Below, one piece after another: positions 34,886-47,600 of a stretch of DNA of 64,000 nucleotides; position 1 is the stretch's first letter; each line of letters begins with the position of its first letter. Position numbers and translations under genes: made by a program. The stretch comes from Gordius albopunctatus (taxonomy: Eukaryota). The stretch covers positions 2,294,001 through 2,358,000 of the forward strand of contig OZ193910.1 of the NCBI GenBank assembly GCA_964276515.1. The letters run 5' to 3'. Under the pieces are notes generated by a model, which was not told the DNA's origin, made no database searches, and saw only the letters and a list, made by a program, of their open reading frames with translations.

Positions 34886-37620
34886 CCGAGTACACCCTTT
34901 ACCACGTGGGTTTTACAGACAATTCAGCCACAGGGGTTTCAACATTTATAAATAAACGTCTTTCCGTTCTGAGTATCGACTAGGTAAATGAAAGAATTCT
35001 TATAATTAATGTAACAATAGGGGTACGTGTGGTGTCGGTGATAAACGTTTATGCCCCTAAATCTTCCTACAAAACTAAGGTTATTAACAAATTTTTCAGT
35101 TTTCTCTTTGACAAAACCAAAAAATTAAGCCGCAAGTCGGTGTCAATTATAATTGGTGACCTGAATTCATCCGTCGGGCACACTGATCGTGACAACCCTA
35201 ACCTTATAGGCCCTAACACCTTAGGCTCCAACAACAGAAACGGTATTATTCTAAAAAAACGGTGCAATAAGGGAAATTGGCGAATTACTTCATTATTCTC
35301 ACATCTTCCCTATAATCGGCTGGCCACCTTCCGGAAAAAAAACAACTTGCAATCAAGCCAAATAGACTATCTGATATGTAGGTCAAGACGTCTAAAAATC
35401 GTCAAGAACTTTCAAGTCATTTTGGACCCCCTCACTGATGACGCTGACCATTGTGCAATAGCAACCCTACGGGTTCCTTCGACACGCAAATCCCCGAAAA
35501 TATGGCCCCAAGGTCTGTCCCAAACCACTGAATTTAGGGACCGCATACACCTAAAAATCCAAAACAACAACCTTTCCGACCTGTCGATAAACGACCACAG
35601 CATGAAAATATCAGAAATTTTTACAATTCCCTTGAAGGACCAGAGTCGAATTAGAACAAAGACATAGAAAAAACACTTGGGCTCCTCAAGACAAAATCTA
35701 GCATCTACTTTGATAGAAATGAGTTTCCTTTCAAAAACGCATGTTTAACCGCTCTCAGCAAGCGTATTAAATCCGGCATCAGACAAGATAAAATTGCGTT
35801 TATTAACGCAAAAACCACAGAGGCCGAAGCGGGAGCACGCTCTAATAACAATCACCAGCTATTTACCATTCTAGACAGCCTTAACTATAACACATTCTCC
35901 AAACGAGCCTACAACAGCATAAACACAGTTGGCGGCTCCAACGACTCCTTGTCCCAAACCAAAGCTTGGGTAGACCATTTTCAATCAATTTTGTCGCCCC
36001 AGCCCTTTTCCTGTAGTGGATATATACAGAGGATTTATGGTTAACTTCAAAGGCCCACCACCCCTCCACATCGATAAGGATCCCCCCTCTTTATCCGAAA
36101 TTGACAGACCTATCAAATCACTCAAATCCCACAAAGCGGCCGACCCGTCAAGTCTAACCTCAGAAGCACTCAAAGCTGACTCCCATATCTCTAGCTCTTT
36201 TTTGCACCACTTGTTTCGGAAAGTTTGGACGAAAGAGGTTATACCGGACTCACTTTTCAAAAAAGGAGATCCATCCAATCCCAACAACTACCGGAGCGTG
36301 ACTATCATTAACCTTGAATCAAAAATATTCATCAAGGTTATATACAACCGAATGTACAGCGAGTTGGATAAAATAATTAAAAACAATCAAACAGGGTTTA
36401 GGAAGTGCCGTATGACGACAGAGCACATAATAACATTAAGGAACATAATGGATATCTCACGGACAAGCGGTGCCCCTTGATTCTTGTTTTTTGAGACATC
36501 GCTAAAGCTTTTGACTCGCTGTGCCATATATACATTTGGGAAGCGCTATGCCTATTAGGCTTGCCTAAGAAAATAACTCTCATGATCTTTCTACTCTACG
36601 AAAACATGAAACTAGTTATTTCCCACCTCCACCATAAATCGGAGCCCATACCAGTAACATCGGGTGTCAGGCAAGGTTGCCCGCTGTCCCCTCTCCTGTT
36701 TATAATTGCGATGGATCTAATAATGAAGAGATCAACACTTCCGACAGATGGTATCAAACTAAACGGCACCACTCTATCATCCCTGCTGTTCGCAGACGAC
36801 ATATGTCTAGTGGCCCCTTCTATTTCCAAAGCACAACTTATGTTAGACAGGTTCAGCATCCAAGCCAAACAAGCAGGACTGTTTATAAACCCCGACAAAT
36901 GCTCAATGATTCGTATAAACGATTCTTCGAACTCTACTCTGGTAATCAACAACAACGTAATAAATGCATCTCAAAAAGTCCGCTATTGGGAGTGGACCTT
37001 ACTCCAGATACCTACGCCGAAGCGGATGTCGAATCGAAACTGCGTCGGACCATGGTCAAATTCTACTCGTGCTCGGCGATTTGGCGCTCACGTCAACTGA
37101 CGCTCAATACGCGTCTGAGGATTTTTAAAGTCACTATCCTACCGATTCTCCTATACGGTTTCGAATCTTGGTCACTTACGGCTCCCAGCTTAAAGAAACT
37201 GCAAGTCAGTCTCAATGAAATGCTACGTATCGTTTGCCGGATATTTTATCCGACGAGAATAACTAACGAGGATCTATGGGTGCGCTGCAAAATCGCTCCA
37301 ATTAAAAACATTCTACTCGCGAGGAAATGGGGTTTTCTGGCTCATCAAGTACGAAGGAAGGGAACTAACTACTGTATATCTTCCCTGTTCTGGTGTCCAC
37401 CCCAGCTAAAAGGTCGCAAATGCAATGGCAGCTGGCTCTACAAGGTGTTTCGCGATGTCTAAACACTAGGCCACGATTGGAATTCCTTTCTGACCATCAT
37501 GCAAGACAGGAAACTTTGGAAAGACTTCTCAAAGAACCATTTACTGCGGCTCTCTCATTAAGGACATCACACGCACTATTCATTTACGACATTATCATTA
37601 AAAGAAGCTCTTAGGCGTCT
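34886..37620 (+). mobile_element. APE-type LINE (RTE-like), 5'-truncated, multiple frameshifts
   Basis: INVYAP, IIGDLNS, QIDYL, DH (APE); NYRSVT, QTGFR, GVRQGCPLSPLLF, LFADD (RT); LLYGFESW downstream. Confidence 0.88.
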
Positions 37621-40102
37621 TCGCGGCAAACATGAATCCAGTCGAGAAGACCAAAACTTCATAGACCAATTAAATGTATGTATCAAACTAAATATTAAAA
37701 AATATCATCTGATTTTAAAAAAGTATTTACCTAAATATTATAAAGCACATGGTTAAATAGTGCTTTTTCTAAACACTACAATAGGTAATATTATAGTGTC
37801 ATATAAATAAACTATGACAAACATTTATATTTCAAAGTCATCTTAAGTTCCTATTTTTTAAAAATTTATATGTTGTACTGTGGTTTTTAATAAATTTAAG
37901 AGATAATATGATAGGTATACGAAAAAATATAGAATTTTATTGCTTGAATATTATTCAAACCTTAGCGAAATTTAGTCGATCTTTAAATATATTGTTGGTA
38001 CGGCATGAAGATTTACTTCAAAGGGCTAACTAGTATTTTGATATCATAAACATGTATTTGTCTCGTCTCAGGTATAAATTATGAAATCTAGATCACGTTT
38101 CGGCCTTAAATTGTTAAAAGCCAATGTTTTTAGTTTTATTTAAAGAGGGAGGGGGGCAAAAACCTAAGTAGATTCATATTGTATTGTATAAAAATTGCTG
38201 CGAAACAATTTAAAAAATACCTCATCATATATAATTTATATTTAAGGGTAATTTAATGCATTTGATTGTTATCTTTTATATGAAAATAATTATGTATATA
38301 AATACGTGTTTTATATTGATTTTAAAGGCGTCAGTTTAGGGTATTCGATTGGTAAGAATTGATTATATTTTTATGTTGTGACTGGTACGCGCATAGTGTT
38401 GCGGAAAATCCGAGAAAAAAAGTTACAAAAAGCCAAGTAAATGTATGCATCACATTAAATTTAAAAAAAATATCATGTGTTTTCAAATTCGTATATACAA
38501 TAATACTAAATTAAAAATTGAATAGTATTGTAATTTATTGATAGTATATTAGGTTACTTTTACTAAATAAATAAAATACAAAACAAACATTGAACTACAT
38601 ACAAATAGATTTATAATATATTGTTAAATCTACAAGACAATATTAAAAATTTCTAATTCTCAACATTTTGTTTAATTAATTAAGAGAAAATATATTATCT
38701 ATTACATAATAGGGCTAAATATAAATCTCTTTATATGCAATAACTTTGTACAACATGTAATTAGCAATATGTTTATTTATTAACAAAGCAGAAATTTTAA
38801 GGTTAAATATACTAGAATAGTTGGTTTAAGTTTTATCTATAAGCAAAATTACATTCGAATTTTACAGTATATTATAATTGCTTTATTTGATGATCCAAGT
38901 CAATTCTATAAAATAGTATTAAAAAGGCTCCAAAAGCTTAAATATTTGGTATTTCTGTCTTCAATTCTTGATCAAAAGGCAAACCTTCCTCTTTTTATGC
39001 CTCTAGAAGTTTCTTTCCAAACTTTTTGGATGTTCTTAACATCTTTTGGCATACCTAGATAGCTTTCTTATCTACACCATTGAAGATTTTGTTAATCACT
39101 GTGCTAAATTTTTAATACCAACATTTAGCCTTAAAATATTCTTAATCTATCAAGTTATGCTATTTAAGAAGAAAAAATTATATAATTAATCACTGTATTA
39201 GAATATATATTAGTCTGTGCTAATTCTTAATCACCTCCAATTGAGTCAATTCTTTAGAGTATTTATGTTAAATTTTCAAAATATGATCTTCCTCACTTAT
39301 AAATAATATTATATATATTTACGTGATGATCTTATTTGATTATTGTTATAATATCTTTTATATCCTATATCCTAACTATTATATTTATAGTTGATGATTC
39401 CATTCAATACAAACTACAGAATTCATGTAAATAGATATTTTATTTAAATATTTCAGAATGTTTGAGGTGGAAGATAAATTTGGGGTTTGATCTCTTGAGC
39501 TTGCACTATTAACTACTATACAAAGGTAAAAAATTAAATTTACTTGTTGAAATTATTAGAATAACATCCATCCATCACTGAATATTTACCATTAACTGCT
39601 AAATCAAGTTATAAAATAAGGTTGAATTACTTGATATGTTAGAAAAGTCATCTAGTGGTTGAGATATAAAGATATTTTGTCTTAGGCTTGCTAAATGTAT
39701 AAAGATACATATGTAAATTTATAATTGTATGTGGGATATTTGGATTATTAGAATAACATCCATCCATCATCAAATATGTACCATTAAGTTGTAAAGCAAG
39801 TTTTAAAATAGATTACTTGATGTTAGAAAGTACATCTAGTGGTTGATATATAGGAATATTTTGTCTTAGGCCTGCTAAATATATAAAAATAATTATGCCA
39901 ATTTATACTTGTATGTGGAATATTTATTGCGGCATCTAAGGTATATTTGAGTAGAAATTGTCATAATAGTAGAGTTGTTTTTTCTTTGCGTTAACATCAT
40001 TGACGGAAATGAAATAAAAATATTTGTGAATGTACGTATGTATGAGTGGTGATGAGTGGTGACGACTTGGTAATTTGAAATTTGGGATTTTGTAACGAAG
40101 GG

Positions 40103-40588
40103 CATACATACATACATACATACATACATACATACATACATACATACATACATACATACATACATACATACATACATACATACATACATACATACATACA
40201 TACATACATACATACATACATACATACATACATACATACATACATACATACATACATACATACATACATACATACATACATACATACATACATACATACA
40301 TACATACATACATACATACATACATACATACATACATACATACATACATACATACATACATACATACATACATACATACATACATACATACATACATACA
40401 TACATACATACATACATACATACATACATACATACATACATACATACATACATACATACATACATACATACATACATACATACATACATACATACATACA
40501 TACATACATACATACATACATACATACATACATACATACATACATACATACATACATACATACATACATACATACATACATACATACA

Positions 40589-40618
<30 letters not shown>
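40103..40618. repeat. Perfect (CATA)n microsatellite, 129 units
   Basis: Uninterrupted CATA repeat over 516 bp. Confidence 0.97.
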
Positions 40619-40619
<1 letters not shown>

Positions 40620-41972
40620 GTAGCGTTGCATCCATGAATCCACTTCAAAATACCAAGTTACAAAATACCAAGTAAATGTATGTATCACATTAAAATTTAA
40701 AAATATCATGTGATTTTATTTAGTATAAAGAATAAAACTATTTTAAAGGTATAGATATATTTTTATTGTTATATTAGCTAAATGAATATAAGAAATTGTT
40801 ATGTAGACTATTGTATTCAATTATTTACGTTAATACTATAAGTTATTGTTGAAATCGCACAGAACAAGTTCATAATAATACGATATCATATCATGTTATA
40901 GTTTATGAAGTAATAGTAGGTTATTTTGTTCCACTCCTAAATTTTAAAAGGGTGTTAAAGTCTTTTAATGTAAGGGTTAAAATATAGCGAATGTTTATAT
41001 CTGAATGTAATATTAAGTAAAAAATTGTTTAAAATTTTCATATGTACTGTGGCTTTTAATAAATTTGAGAGATAATGTGATAGGTATACTAAAATAAATC
41101 GCATTAGTACATTAGCAAATAAAAATTGCAAACATTAGCGTAATTTAGTCAAATTTTTGATATATTGTTGGTACGGCATAAAAATTTTAATGCCAATGAA
41201 TTAAAAAATTATGAATATGTTATATTATACTGTTATGAAGGATTAAAAGTATGTTATTGCTAATGATTGACGCTTTCTAATTAAGCATAATGCCATAGAA
41301 ATTACTACTTATGGAATTACAATTGAATGTCATGGCTATCTTTTTACTTGTAAGGACTAAATGTTTTATGTTTTATTTAAAGAGGGATGGGGGCAAAACC
41401 CTAAACAGGTTTATATTGCATAGTATAAAAATTGCTGCAAAACACTTTTTGAAATACATTAATATATCAGATTTACAAATTGATATTACTGGAAAACTAA
41501 ACCTGAGACAGCCATACAAATTCTAATCCTAATTTAACTATATATATTGCAGGAACTTGAATGTTTACTAATAATTTAAGACAAAAGTTTTATTTCGAAA
41601 TAAAAAAAAATCAATTTTGACACGGTTGATCATGCGATTCTAAATGTAAATAACCAGCGATGTTATCGGAATAAGGTTGATAAGGCACCATTAGGTTTAG
41701 ATTTGATGGTTCCATTCAATACAAACTACAGAAATCATGACAATAGATGTTTTATTTAACTATTTCAGCTATATTATTCCGTTTTTAACGCTTTATTACC
41801 CAAATTTATAATTATTGTGTGGTTTGTGGTACGCCACGAATACTAGCAAGGGTTAAAGAGGGATGGGGGCTAAGCTAAACGATTATTTTTAAGGGTCTAT
41901 TTTTTGTATTCAAGTATAGATAGTAATTAAGTCTGAAGTGGTTAATAAAGAACATAGTAAAAATTTATTATA

Positions 41973-43330
41973 TTAATCAACACATGGTTCTTCGTGCGAT
42001 TGAAGGTGTAAATAATTCGCGACATTATCGGTATAAGAAAAAATATCAATAACATTTATATTATTTTTATAGTTATTAATTAAGCGATTAATGTGAAAAT
42101 TTAACATTTGATATTTTTTATTATTATAAAAAATTTGTTTGCCTTGATTAATATGTACGATATTGATATCGTTAATTTCTTGTACGGCTAAAAGACTTTC
42201 GATAAATGAGTATATCACTGGATGGGCTATTTCAATTAGACATTTTAATCCATGGTGATAGCCCTCCAAATGATTATTTGTCCGAGGGCCTTCGGCCTCA
42301 AGCCTCTCCCACATGCCATAGGAAAACATGGCACTGGGGCCTACCCATGTATTTTATATATTCCAACCATTTAGATGTCTCTGAGGTCATTGAATTTTGC
42401 CTTACACACTCATTATACACCACAACGACGTGTTCTGGCGCCAAAAATGGAAGAGCCAATACCTTTCGCACACATTTTCTAAAAGTCATATTATTCTTAT
42501 ACAAATCCGTTAATCCCAATGACCTCATTTTCCTGAATATGGCCTGGGAGAAATGAAATAAACATCCTTTAAATTTAAATTAGGAAAAAAAGTTGTAAAT
42601 ATACCCTTCACAACAGCGTTTGGGAATAAATCATTCAAAGCCCTTATACTAGCTTGCTCAAAGTCTACTTGAACATATTGAGGGAGCAATAATAAATGAT
42701 GTTCGGAGCAAACATCCTTAATAATTTCAAAAAGTAAATTGTAGGTTGCTTGAGACTTGTCCGGTAATAGTGCAAATATTACCGGCACCATATGCTTTTT
42801 ATAATAGCAATGAACTTTATAGACCTATGGCGATAAAATTAATAATTATTCATTTAAATATATATACTTGTTTTGTTCCCCATTGTGAGAAAATTTGTGT
42901 TCGGAGTAAAGTTTGATATCGGTATTAATTTTTGGCATTGGGTATCTATTTATACTTATCCTTCTTAAAGTATTTTTTATCGATTTTAAAGTGGGGGTTG
43001 CTTTTAGATAATTTCTGATGTCTGGCACATCATGCAATCTTTGAGCGATTACCAGGTGATATATGGCTGAAATTTTCTCTTTTGGGTTATTTATAACTTC
43101 ACTTTTTAACATATTGATCGTGACTAGAAACATATGATCGCCACGAGGAGGCTCATGATTATGATTATTTGTGACATGGTAAGACTCAATCACCTGAGCT
43201 TTGCCTTTGCAAGTTTGTGATCGGCACTTATAGTATGTTTTGTTGTGAAAAACATGTTGTTTCGTATATAGATACCTATATAGATACAGAATGACCCCCA
43301 TTTTTTGAGATACTAAAAATCTCATTGCTA
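41973..43330 (-). pseudogene. MULE-family transposase with N-terminal FLYWCH-like zinc finger, decayed
   Basis: YYKCRSQTCKGKA..HNH; VPVIFALLPDKSQATY; VDFEQA; KG/CLFHFSQAIFR across a 38-nt intron (42567-42604); GPRTNNHLEGYH. Element termini not identified. Confidence 0.82.
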
Positions 43331-43476
43331 ATAAAAAAATTATATAGATATAAAATATATAATAAGTTACAAGGGCCTGTTGCTTGCAAACTATGACAAG
43401 CATCCAACAGAATATGTGCATCATTTAATAAACCTTTAAAAGTGTTCTTGATCATTAAAAGATAAACAAAATTCCA

Positions 43477-43940
43477 TTGACTGTTAGTATTGGTGGAATT
43501 ATAGAGGGCCATCGTTGAATAGTTACCAGAATTACATTGACTGTTAGTATTGGTGGAAATATAAGGGGCCATTGTTGAATAGTTTCCAGTAACTACTGAA
43601 TAAAAATATAAAATTAGTACTTTAAATTACTTTGACTGTTAGTATTGGTGGAATTATAGAGGGCCATTGTTGAATAGTTACCAGAATTATATTGACTGTT
43701 AGTATTGGTGGAATTATAAGGGGCCATTGTTGAATAGTTTCCAGTAACTAATGAATAAAAATATAAAATTAGTACTTTAAATTACTTTGACTGTTAGTAT
43801 TGGTGGAATTATAGAGGGCCATCGTTGAATAGTTACCAGAATTACATTGACTGTTAGTATTGGTGGAAATATAAGGGGCCATTGAATAGTTTCCAGTAAC
43901 TACTGAATAAAAATATGAATTAAGTACATTAAATTACTTG
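43477..43940. repeat. Higher-order tandem repeat: 155-bp unit (60 + 95 bp subunits) x3
   Basis: CTGTTAGTATTGGTGGAA starts at 43481, 43541, 43636, 43696, 43791, 43851. Confidence 0.92.
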
Positions 43941-44468
43941 AGATACTTGAGGTCAAACGTTGCCTACTACTATTCAGCCTAGAACGAAATCCTTCAATAT
44001 TAAGAACTATAAAAATATTTAAACTTTATAAAATTAGCACATAAAATTACCTTGGATATTTAAAATGCTTGAAGTGGAAGATAAATTAGGGGTCTGTTGT
44101 CTTTGGCCTGCTAAATATATAAAAATACTAATGCCAATTTATACTTGTGTGTGGAATATTTGAATGCTCTTTCTTTAGTAATAAAATATTTATTTCCATC
44201 TTTTATAGCTTTGCCCGAACATTTAGTATTGCGGCACCTAAGGTACAATATATTTGAGAATTTTTCCCTTCCTTGTATTTTGTATAGTAGAAATTGTCAT
44301 AATAGTAGAGTTGATTTTTTCTTTGCGTTAAAATGATTGACAGAAATGAAATAAAAATATTGTGAATGTACGTATGTATGAGTGGTGATCAGTGGCGATT
44401 AGATCATGGTGAGCAGTGGATACTTGGTAATTTGAAATTTGGGATTTTGAAAAGAAACCGCATCCATT

Positions 44469-44615
44469 ACCTCGCGACGTTAATTGACCAATCACAAACA
44501 CGTCGAGGACTCAACACTAAATTTAATTGTTAATTCAATTAATGCGCGATTATATAAACGCACTTATTTTTCTCAAAAGACACTTGCTCTTGTATTTGGA
44601 TAAATAATAAAACTA
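44469..44615 (+). promoter_or_regulatory. Candidate TE-derived CCAAT/TATA promoter segment upstream of crooked neck
   Basis: Similar to 8100-8255 (CGCGAC.TTAATTGACCAATCAC, CACTAAAT.TAATTG, TTCAATTAAT.CGCGATTATATAAA); TATATAAA lies ~115 bp 5' of the ATG at 44667. Promoter function is inferred only. Confidence 0.45.
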
Positions 44616-44666
44616 TCCCGAAACATACATACATTAGAAGACCGCTAAATTATTTTTACTGGAAAA

Positions 44667-47600
44667 ATGGATACAACAAGAAAAAAGCTGCCTAAATCGA
44701 TGCAGGTAATAAACATTTGCAAATATTTTTATTTATTTTAAAAAGGTTAAGAATAAAACACCTGCAGACATTCAAATCACAGCTGAACAGCTTCTTAGAG
44801 AAGCTAAAGAAAGAGATCTTGAGATTGTTCCACCACCTCCTAAGCAGAAAATATCAGATCCAGAAGAACTTGCAGCTTATAAGTTGAAAAGACGAAAAGT
44901 AATTGCTATGTTAATTATATAACCCTTCTTAGACATTTGAAGATGATATCAGAAAAAGTAGAAGCTCAGCAGGAAACTGGATAAAATATGCCCAATGGGA
45001 AGAAAGTCAACAAGAATTACAGAGGTTTTTTATATTTTAATTATGTTAATATTTTTTGTAGGGCAAGATCTATTTATGAACGAGGATTAGATGTAGATCA
45101 TAGAAATGTTGGTTTATGGCTAAAATATGCAGAAATGGAAATGAAGTAATTTATTTTTAAACGATAATATGTCAAATATTTGAAGCCTTGCATAATATTT
45201 TTTAAATTGCTTGTGAATTTATAAATATTAATAAATTTCTTTATTTTTTATATAATTTTTTGCAGTTGTACTGTTGTATAAGATTAAATTGCATCTTATC
45301 ATAGTTACTCAAATTGTCATTTTTTTACATCTGGTAGTTAAAACTTGTTTTAATTGATGTTAACATGTATGGTAAGCTTTTATATATTGTTTCATTTTTT
45401 GTTTGGTTTAAAGATGTAAACAAATTAATCATGCAAGAAATTTGTGGGATCGAGCAGTTTCTTTGCTACCCCGTGTGAACCAATTTTGGTATAAGTATGT
45501 GTATATGGAAGAAATGTTGGGAAATTTGCCCAGAGCTCGTCAAGTTTTTGAAAGGTGGATGGAATGGGCACCAGATGAACAAGCTTGGGCTACCTATATA
45601 AATTTTGAGAAACGGCATGGTGAAATGGGTAAAATCAAAGACATTTACGAACGTTTAATTATGGTGAGCTCATATATAAAATTTTATTGTAAAATTTTAG
45701 CAAACATTTCACACTATTCTCTTTCTATGTGAATAAATGCTTTTTCTTACACCAGTTTATTTTCTTATATTGTTTGAATTTTTATTATTTAATGTAACAG
45801 TGTCTTAAATTTGGAAAACAAACCATTTAATAACAATAAAGCTCTCTTGTGACCCTAAACATTTTTGTAAAGCTATACTACTATGATTAAACAACACATA
45901 ATTCACATGTTTAAAGGACAGGCCTCAATACAATATTTGAGATTTGAAAGACACGTTTTTAAATGCAAAGCTTAATGATTGGTGAGCTTTTATAGCAAAA
46001 TTATAAATTTTTAAAAAATATATTTTTCCTTGAAATTTTGATTAAAAAGGTTCACCCAGAAGTGCACAATTGGATAAAGTATGCCAGGTTTGAAGAATAC
46101 AATATCTCAGGAGGAGGTTTGGGTGGCAAGGCTGGAGCTATTGCTATGGCACGCTCCATTTACGAACGTGCCTTAAATTTTTATGGAGATGCCCACTTGC
46201 ATCCCAAACTTTGTATAGAGTTCGCGCGATTCGAAGAGAGGTGCAAAGAGGTTATTATAAGATTTATTTTAGTTTTTTCCCATTAGTTTGATTTATATGA
46301 ATATTTACATTTTGTGAGTGGGGTTGTTTAATCTGTTTCTTAAAAGATGGGGGTGGATTAACCATTTTAAAGCTAGCTTTTTTCCATGAGAGATGCTTTA
46401 AAAGTTTAATTTAGATCCATTTCATACGCGAAGTGCCTCAATTATTCAATTCTTATAACTTTTTTTGTTTTTTGTTGCAGCACGATAGGGTAAGAGTAAT
46501 CTACAAATATGCGTTGGATACGTTGAGCAAGGAGGAATGCCAAGAGATATACAAGGCCTACACTATCCATGAAAAGAAATATGGCAATCGGGAGGCTATA
46601 GAAGATGTCGTAATCAACAAGCGCAAGTTGAAATACGAAGAGGCATGTTAAATGTTTAAATTTTATGCAATCTATTCGTTCGTTTTTGGATGTTCATCCT
46701 TTTCAACTTGTAACTTTTCATTAATTGCTGTGAAAACTTAAACGGGTCTTTAATGGCTGTGTACTTATGCTTCCCTAAAAGACATTTATTTGCACTCGCA
46801 AATAGATTACCTAATAACCGCTGGTTGGCTTTAATTTTTTCGACCTCGCTTGACCCCAAGCCCGACTAAATAACAAATCGAAATTATGCTATTCTTGCAA
46901 ATACAATTTGAAAATTAACAAACGATTTTTTATACAGGAATTAGCCTTGGACCCTTACAACTATGATGCTTGGTTCGACCTGATCCACATTCACGAGGCC
47001 GATGAGAACGTGGAAGTTATCAGAGATACATACGAAAAATCCATTGCCAACATACCCCCCATCGAAGTTATTATCTTAATTAACCACGTTTAAGCTGAGT
47101 TTTTTTTGGTTTTTTCATAAAATTTAGCGCTAAGATACAACGAAATTTATTATATATGAAGTAATACATGAATAAATTAAAAATTTTCAGTAATCAAAAA
47201 TGCCGTGGCAATATAGCCTCAAAAACATTAATGGGCATTTTTAGCACATATAATCTTGTTTATCTATCAAAATTATAAGTCAGATTTTTTGTAGACCAGT
47301 TTTATTACAAGTATCCTTAACACTGTGTGTACCGCCTATTTGTAGGAGAAGCGTTACTGGCGCAGATATATTTACTTGTGGATAAATTACGCCTTTTACG
47401 AGGAGATCGAGGCCAAAGATATCGAACGAACGCGTCAAATATACAAGACTTGCCTGAAGGTGATACCCCACAAAAAGTTCACTTTCGCCAAGGTTTGGCT
47501 CTACTTCGCCTATTTCGAAATACGACAAAAAAACCTGGGCGCCGCCCGAAAAATATTAGTAAGGCTTAAATTATGTTTTTCATTTTTATGTTATTACAGT

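Noticed and set aside
39893..40709. Four long ORFs (MYVC/HTYI repeats)
   Set aside because: They are translations of the stop-free (CATA)n microsatellite.
43477..43940. CRISPR-like appearance of regularly spaced repeats
   Set aside because: The intervening sequences are themselves repeated, there are no unique spacers or cas genes, and the context is eukaryotic.
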